From contig CAZULI010000002.1 in the NCBI GenBank assembly GCA_964621095.1, positions 1-28,706 of the forward strand: DNA of 28,706 bases, given 5' to 3'. Of the stretch, positions 23,807 through 28,706 are shown one piece after another; position 1 is the stretch's first letter, and every line of letters starts with the position of its first letter. The position numbers and the translations under genes are program-made. The notes below the pieces were generated by a model that was not told where the DNA came from, made no database searches, and was given only the letters and a program-made list of their open reading frames with translations. Source of the stretch: an uncultured Acidimicrobiaceae bacterium (lineage in GTDB: Bacteria; Actinomycetota; Acidimicrobiia; Spongiisociales; UBA5794).

Positions 23807-25249
23807 ATGGGCACCGACAAAGTGGATTACGACGCATTGATTCCCAACAACGTGGGGCTGGCAGACGACCCGAAACTCCAGCGAGCCCTGGAGGAGTGGC
23901 ACCCTGGATACATCGACTGGTGGATGACGATGGGACCGGACGGGTTCCAGATGGCCGATGTCTACCTGCGGACCGCCATCAGCGTGGAGAAACAGGGTTG
24001 GGCCAAGTTCGACTACGTCAAGATGCCCGAGTACCGCTGGGGCATCCTGCTCGCCCCCGCCGTGGAGGGTCGCACCATCCCGTGCGGGGAACATGTCGGT
24101 GAGTCTGCCTGGCAGGAGGTCCCGGGGGAGTACCGGTCGATGTTGCGACGGTTGATCGTCATCCAAGGGGACACCGAACCCGCCTCGGTCGAACAACAAC
24201 GGTTCCTTGGTTCAACGGCGCCATCACTCTATGACCTGCGAAACCTCTTCCAGGTCAACGTCGAGGAGGGCCGCCACCTCTGGGCGATGGTGTATCTCCT
24301 CCAGAAGTACTTTGGCAAGGCCGGCCGCGAGGAGGCACAGGACCTGCTGCTCCGCCAGTCGGGGAGTGATGCCCGTCCGCGGATGCTCGGAGCGTTCAAC
24401 GAGGAAACCCCCGACTGGTTGTCGTTCTTCATGTTCACCTATTTCACCGACCGGGACGGCAAGATGCAGCTCGAAGCTCTCGCGCAGTCGGGCTTTGATC
24501 CTCTCTCGCGCACCTGTCGCTTCATGCTTGCGGAAGAGGCCCACCACATGTTTGTCGGCTACACCGGAGTCAACCGGGTCGTTGAAGCGACCGTTGATGC
24601 GATGGATGCCGCAGGGATCTCGGATCCGTACGATCTTGAGGCAGTCCGGGCGCTCGGCGTGATCGATCTGCCAACGATCCAGCGCAAGATGAATCTTCAC
24701 TTCTCCCTGACCCTGGACCTCTTCGGCTCCGAGGAGTCCACCAATGCAGCGAACTTCTTCAACGCAGGGCTCAAGGGCCGGTACCACGAGTCGAGTCTTG
24801 ATGATGACCACCGGTTGACCAACGACACGTACCCGGTCATGAAACTCGTCGATGGGCGTCTCCAACCCGTTGAGGTCCCGGCACTCCTGGCGCTCAACGC
24901 CCGACTGCGGGACGACTTCATCGATGATTGCCAGGGTGGCGTCACCCGTTGGAACCGGGTCATCGCCGGCAAGGGGATCGAGTTCGAGCTTCGACTCCCT
25001 CACGCTGCGTTCAACCGATCCGTCGGGGAGTTCGAGGACCTTCACGTCTCCCCTGATGGGAAGCTGCTGACACCCGAGGAGTGGGAGCGTCAGGTTGGTG
25101 ACTGGTTGCCCACGGATGGTGATCGAGAACATATCGAGAGCTTGATGAAGCCCGAACTCGAACCAGCCAAGTTCGCCAGTTGGATCGCACCCCCCACCAG
25201 GGGGATCCAGAACATGCCGGAGGACTTCCTCTACGTCAAGCTGCCCTGA
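23807..25249 (+). CDS. boxB: Benzoyl-CoA 2,3-epoxidase subunit B (diiron)
   Basis: VIQGDTEPASVEQQR, VNVEEGRHLWAM, FTDRDGKMQL, EEAHHMFVG, LDLFGSE; adjacent to boxC. Confidence 0.95.
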   Translation: MGTDKVDYDALIPNNVGLADDPKLQRALEEWHPGYIDWWMTMGPDGFQMADVYLRTAISVEKQGWAKFDYVKMPEYRWGILLAPAVEGRTIPCGEHVGESAWQEVPGEYRSMLRRLIVIQGDTEPASVEQQRFLGSTAPSLYDLRNLFQVNVEEGRHLWAMVYLLQKYFGKAGREEAQDLLLRQSGSDARPRMLGAFNEETPDWLSFFMFTYFTDRDGKMQLEALAQSGFDPLSRTCRFMLAEEAHHMFVGYTGVNRVVEATVDAMDAAGISDPYDLEAVRALGVIDLPTIQRKMNLHFSLTLDLFGSEESTNAANFFNAGLKGRYHESSLDDDHRLTNDTYPVMKLVDGRLQPVEVPALLALNARLRDDFIDDCQGGVTRWNRVIAGKGIEFELRLPHAAFNRSVGEFEDLHVSPDGKLLTPEEWERQVGDWLPTDGDREHIESLMKPELEPAKFASWIAPPTRGIQNMPEDFLYVKLP

Positions 25250-25461
25250 CCAGGTGCCGGTTGGGCATCGGGTCCCGTGGAGAAGGTCATCTCAGCCGCC
25301 GGTCGCTGCACCCCGGACCTCGACGGTCGGGATGGTGCCGTGGCTGGCAGCGGGAGTCTGGTCGGTAAACTGTGGTGTTGACCATTGTCGATCACTCCGC
25401 TGTCACCTTGGTGAGTAGCTCTGATGACCGAGCAGTACCCCAGTCGAAGGGAATACATCAC

Positions 25462-25920
25462 ATGCGTATCGATTTTCGATCAGCGCTTCCATCAGCTCTG
25501 ACGGCCATGATGGGTCTCCAGAAAGTTGTCAACTCCAGCGCTCTTGAACCAGAACTCCTTGAGTTGGTGAAGATCCGGGCATCACAGATCAACGGCTGTG
25601 GGCACTGCCTTGACATGCACACCAAGGATGCTGAGGCGATGGGGATGGCGTCTCACCGTCTGCACCTCGTGGCGGCATGGGACGAAGCTCCGTACTACTC
25701 GGATCGGGAGCGGGCAGCCCTGGAGTGGTGTGAGGTTCTCACGCTCATCGCTGACCATGGTGTCCCGGATGAGGTGTATGAAGAGGTGGCGGCTGTCTTT
25801 TCCGAGGAGGAGATCGTGGCCCTCACGTTTGCGGTCATAGCGATCAACAGCTGGAACCGTCTCAATGTGGCGTTTCAGTCCTCCGTGGGCGACTACGTCG
25901 CGGGGAGCTACGGCCACTAG
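25462..25920 (+). CDS. Carboxymuconolactone decarboxylase / AhpD-like family protein
   Basis: ELVKIRASQINGCGHCLDMH (CxxC), YSDRERAALEW, INSWNRL; start placed at ATG 25462. Confidence 0.9.
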   Translation: MRIDFRSALPSALTAMMGLQKVVNSSALEPELLELVKIRASQINGCGHCLDMHTKDAEAMGMASHRLHLVAAWDEAPYYSDRERAALEWCEVLTLIADHGVPDEVYEEVAAVFSEEEIVALTFAVIAINSWNRLNVAFQSSVGDYVAGSYGH

Positions 25921-25930
25921 GATTCCTGAC

Positions 25931-25968
25931 CGATCCAGCATCCCCCCGACGAGGGGGGTGCTGGATCG
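25931..25968 (+). terminator. GC-rich hairpin after the CMD gene (probable terminator)
   Basis: CGATCCAGCATCCCCCC...GGGGGGTGCTGGATCG, 10 nt after the stop codon. Confidence 0.65.
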
Positions 25969-26055
25969 TCGATCACATCGCAGAAGGCGCGGCCGTGTTC
26001 AGGCGATCGCGTGTGACAGGGACAGTGGCGTAAGAATCGGTATCGTTCGGACGCC

Positions 26056-27780
26056 GTGACACCTCTCACCAAACTGCTGCCCCGCGGAAGTGATTTTCCG
26101 CTGCGCTCGTTGCGTCAGGACGTTCTCGCCGGTCTCACCGTTGCCGTCGTAGCGCTCCCCCTTGCCCTCGGGTTCGGCATCACGGCTGGAGTCGGAGCGG
26201 CTGCTGGTATCACCACGGCGATCATTGCCGGGTTCGTTGCCGCCGTGTTCGGTGGATCGAGTTTCCAGGTCTCCGGGCCGACCGGTGCCATGACGGTGGT
26301 TCTGCTGCCCATCGTGGCGGCGTACGGTCCCGAATCGCTTCTCGTGGTTGGCATCGGCGCCGGTGTCGTGTTGCTGATCCTGTCGGTTCTCGGTGTCGGC
26401 AAGTTCGTGACCTTCATCCCGTGGCCGGTCGTCGCCGGGTTCACCACCGGTATCGGGGTCATCATCTTCCTTCAGCAGGTCCCTGCCTTCCTTGGGGTCG
26501 AAAAGGGGAGTGGCGAGTCGATCATCCAGGTGACGTTCAACACCCTGCGATCAGCGGGGAGCGGGATTGATGGTCCAACGGTGATCATTGCGGTGGTCAC
26601 CATCGCCACGATGGTCGGGTGGAGACGAATCCCGAAATGGGATGCGATGCCGGCGTCGATGGTTGCTCTCCTGGTCGGCACTGGGGTCTCGCTCCTGCCG
26701 ATGTTTGACGGTATCGGTCGGGTGGTCGGCGTGCCCCGGGGCATCTCAATGCCAGCGAGGCCGGTGATCGAACTCGGTATGGCGACCGATCTCTTCCGGG
26801 CGATTCTGGCCGTTGCCGTCCTTGCGGCGCTTGAGAGCTTGTTGTCCGCAGTGGTCGCTGACGGGATGACCATCGATGAGCGCCACGACCCTGACCGGGA
26901 ACTCTTCGGACAGGGGCTCGCAAACGTTGCAAGCGCGATCTTTGGTGGTATGCCGGCCACCGGGGCGCTGGCTCGCACCGCTGTCAACGTCCGTTCGGGT
27001 GCGAGAAGCCGGTGGTCCTCGATGATCCACAGCATCGTGCTCTTGGTGATCGTCCTGTTCCTTGCGCCCCTCGCAATGAGGATCCCGCTGGCGGTCCTCG
27101 CAGGGATCCTGATGGTGGTGGCGATCCGCATGGTCGAGTTCGAGGCGTTCCGAACCATCTTTCGCTCGACCCGCTCTGACACGACCGTTTTGTTGTTGAC
27201 GTTGGCGGTCACGGTGATGTTCGATCTTATCGTGGCGATCGAAGTCGGCATGGTCGTGGCAGGGATTCTCTTCATCGCCCGCGTGAGCCGTCTGTTCTCG
27301 GTCGACATCACCCCACTCAGCAGCGACCGGGGTGCCGCCCAGGACACGGCGTCGGAGCAGGCGGCGGAGCGGCAGCTTCTTGCACGCCACATCGTTGCGT
27401 ACCGGATTGATGGGCCGGTGTTCTTCGGTGCTGCGAGCCGTTTCATGGATCAACTGCTGAAAGTCGATTCCCAGCTCAAGGTCGTGATCCTGCGCATGCG
27501 GATGGTCCCGGTGATGGACGCCACCGGGGCAGCAGCCCTTGAGTCGATCGTCGAGCGGATGGCGCATCGCAAGATCGTGGTTCTCATCTCAGGGTTGCAG
27601 GGACAGCCGTTCGAGCTGCTCGAGCGGTCCGGACTGCTCGACAAGGTCAGCCGGAACCGTGACCACCTGTTTGCCACCACCCAGGAAGCGATTGCACACG
27701 CGTACCTCCACCTTGAGGGTGCGGATCACACCCTTCCTGCGAACACGGCGAAGGATCCAGAGGCACCGACGGATCAATAG
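26056..27780 (+). CDS. SulP/SLC26 family anion transporter with C-terminal STAS domain
   Basis: DVLAGLTVAVVALPLALGFG, VSGPTGAM, ELFGQGLAN, MPATGALART, STAS YRIDGPVFFGAAS...MDATG. Confidence 0.95.
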   Translation: MTPLTKLLPRGSDFPLRSLRQDVLAGLTVAVVALPLALGFGITAGVGAAAGITTAIIAGFVAAVFGGSSFQVSGPTGAMTVVLLPIVAAYGPESLLVVGIGAGVVLLILSVLGVGKFVTFIPWPVVAGFTTGIGVIIFLQQVPAFLGVEKGSGESIIQVTFNTLRSAGSGIDGPTVIIAVVTIATMVGWRRIPKWDAMPASMVALLVGTGVSLLPMFDGIGRVVGVPRGISMPARPVIELGMATDLFRAILAVAVLAALESLLSAVVADGMTIDERHDPDRELFGQGLANVASAIFGGMPATGALARTAVNVRSGARSRWSSMIHSIVLLVIVLFLAPLAMRIPLAVLAGILMVVAIRMVEFEAFRTIFRSTRSDTTVLLLTLAVTVMFDLIVAIEVGMVVAGILFIARVSRLFSVDITPLSSDRGAAQDTASEQAAERQLLARHIVAYRIDGPVFFGAASRFMDQLLKVDSQLKVVILRMRMVPVMDATGAAALESIVERMAHRKIVVLISGLQGQPFELLERSGLLDKVSRNRDHLFATTQEAIAHAYLHLEGADHTLPANTAKDPEAPTDQ

Positions 27781-27812
27781 GAGCGCTGTTCAAGCACCAA
27801 CTCTGCAGACGG

Positions 27813-27885
27813 CGCCCTCGGCAAGATTCGAACTTGCGACACCCGGTTTAGGAAACCGGTGCTCTATCCCCTGAGCTACGAGGGC
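27813..27885 (-). tRNA. trnR: tRNA-Arg(CCT)
   Basis: Acceptor stem GCCCTCG/CGAGGGC, D arm AGCTCAGGGGATAGAGC, anticodon arm CCGGT-TTCCTAA-ACCGG, T arm GCAAG-TTCGAAT-CTTGC. The gene is followed by CCG, so CCA is not fully encoded. Confidence 0.97.
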
Positions 27886-28112
27886 AGAACAGCGAGAATA
27901 GCCCGAAACAAGCACCCTCCTCCTCCTCCGTGGAGCACTGTGCCGTGATCGGACAGGTGAGTCCTCGGTGATCGTGCGGGATCTCCCGGTCCAGGACACG
28001 ACGCGGTGGGGTTGTCACCACCAGGCACCAGTACGGCGCCAGAGGAGCAAGCGCCACACGGTCACGGCGCCATTGACAGGCCAAAACCCAGGCAACGATT
28101 CAGATTCCTTGA

Positions 28113-28155
28113 GCAGCGGGAGCGGGATATGAATCTGCGACCTTCGGGTCATGAG
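28113..28155 (-). mobile_element. Degenerate 3' half of initiator tRNA-Met; putative att scar of an integrative element lying to the right
   Basis: Minus strand CTCATGACCCGAAGGTCGCAGATTCATATCCCGCTCCCGCTGC aligns without gaps to the 3' half of tRNA-fMet (34/43 versus the E. coli sequence as I recall it). Similarity starts at the anticodon loop. Confidence 0.7.
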
Positions 28156-28314
28156 TTCCCATCGGACCGTTTTTGTCTGGTATCGGCTGCTACGGGAACG
28201 TGGTGTCCACCGTCGCTCTTGCGCTTGGGGGATGACGACTGCTACTCGTTCAAGACGCCTCAAATCAACTCGTCCGTGAGAAGAGCCGTTGGAAGCATCG
28301 GCCAGCCCAAGGGC

Positions 28315-28706
28315 TCACTGCACAATGTGTGCCAGCAGGTCTCCGATCACCAGCTCGGCAGCCTCATCAACATCGTAACCATCGGGCCAAACGGCGAGCA
28401 GCGGACGAAGGTCGTCACGAAAGCTGGGCGTACGGACCTTCTCACGGAGATTCAGCTCTGCCCGGCGTGAGGTGTAGCCATCGGGCCGGTAAGGGGTGAA
28501 CGCCTCAATGATCGAGGGTGCTGGGACTCCAAGCTGGGTGAGCGCAAACCAGAGGTCGAACAGATCCCGTCCTTTCGACCGTTGGAACAACGCCCTGATC
28601 TTGGTGGCCACAAGCTCCGCGAGCGTGAACGTCAAGACATCGGCTTTTTCGGCGAACCAGGTCGACTCAACCGCGTAGGGAAGCCTGATGTGCTGATTGA
28701 CGGGGG
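28315..28706 (-). CDS. AbiEii/AbiGii-type nucleotidyltransferase toxin (type IV TA), C-terminal part; 5' end beyond the window
   Basis: Frame is open to the window edge (PVNQHIRLPYAVESTWFAEKADVLTFTL) and continues ELVATKIRALFQRSKGRDLFDL, matching the family motif E..A.K..A...R...RD..D. Confidence 0.8.
   Translation of the reverse strand, partial: PVNQHIRLPYAVESTWFAEKADVLTFTLAELVATKIRALFQRSKGRDLFDLWFALTQLGVPAPSIIEAFTPYRPDGYTSRRAELNLREKVRTPSFRDDLRPLLAVWPDGYDVDEAAELVIGDLLAHIVQ

Noticed and set aside
22589-25132. 536-aa and 302-aa ORFs antisense to boxC/boxB
   Set aside because: Antisense shadows of highly conserved genes.
27811-27840. tRNA-Arg 3' end as the attachment site of an island containing the BMC or box genes
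   Set aside because: I found no direct repeat of its 3' end, no integrase and no obvious compositional break to the left within the window.
28006-28470. 154-aa plus-strand ORF (and 82-aa minus ORF) between tRNA-Arg and the toxin
   Set aside because: They overlap the tRNA-Met-derived scar and the toxin's 3' end; no motifs or RBS.
1-28706. CRISPR arrays, IS elements, rRNA, known riboswitches
   Set aside because: No regularly spaced repeats, transposase motifs or recognisable riboswitch consensus seen by eye; an Rfam/cmscan run would be needed to exclude rarer RNAs.

Overview
GC-rich bacterial window, probably Actinomycetota (Acidimicrobiia-like; inferred from gene content, the Thr-rich lipoprotein linker and an apparently leaderless gene). 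It has three parts. (1) 612-20108: a GntR regulator faces two promoters that share an operator motif. Operon A (1611-10021) encodes a Liv-type ABC importer, an SDR, a GlnA4/PuuA-type gamma-glutamyl-amine ligase and an aldehyde dehydrogenase. Operon B (10200-20108) is tightly coupled: N-methylglutamate-synthase-like mgsABC/glxBCD, a second GS-like ligase, then a bacterial microcompartment (BMC) module. That module holds BMC-P, BMC-H, a CoA-acylating aldehyde dehydrogenase, a CcmP-like BMC-T, a malate dehydrogenase with an extra N-terminal domain, an opine dehydrogenase with an encapsulation-peptide-like N-terminus and an altered active-site motif, and a small adaptor-like protein. I cannot match this combination to a characterised BMC type. 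It is the main candidate for an undescribed system: a gamma-glutamylation / N-alkylglutamate amine-catabolic metabolosome. (2) 20200-27780: an RRM protein, a PaaK-like CoA ligase divergent from boxC-boxB (no boxA in the window), a CMD/AhpD protein and a SulP-STAS transporter. (3) 27813-end: tRNA-Arg(CCT), a degenerate 3' half of an initiator tRNA-Met that looks like an att scar, and a truncated AbiEii-type toxin, probably the edge of an integrated element lying to the right. All family calls come from motif recognition by eye; no database searches were run.
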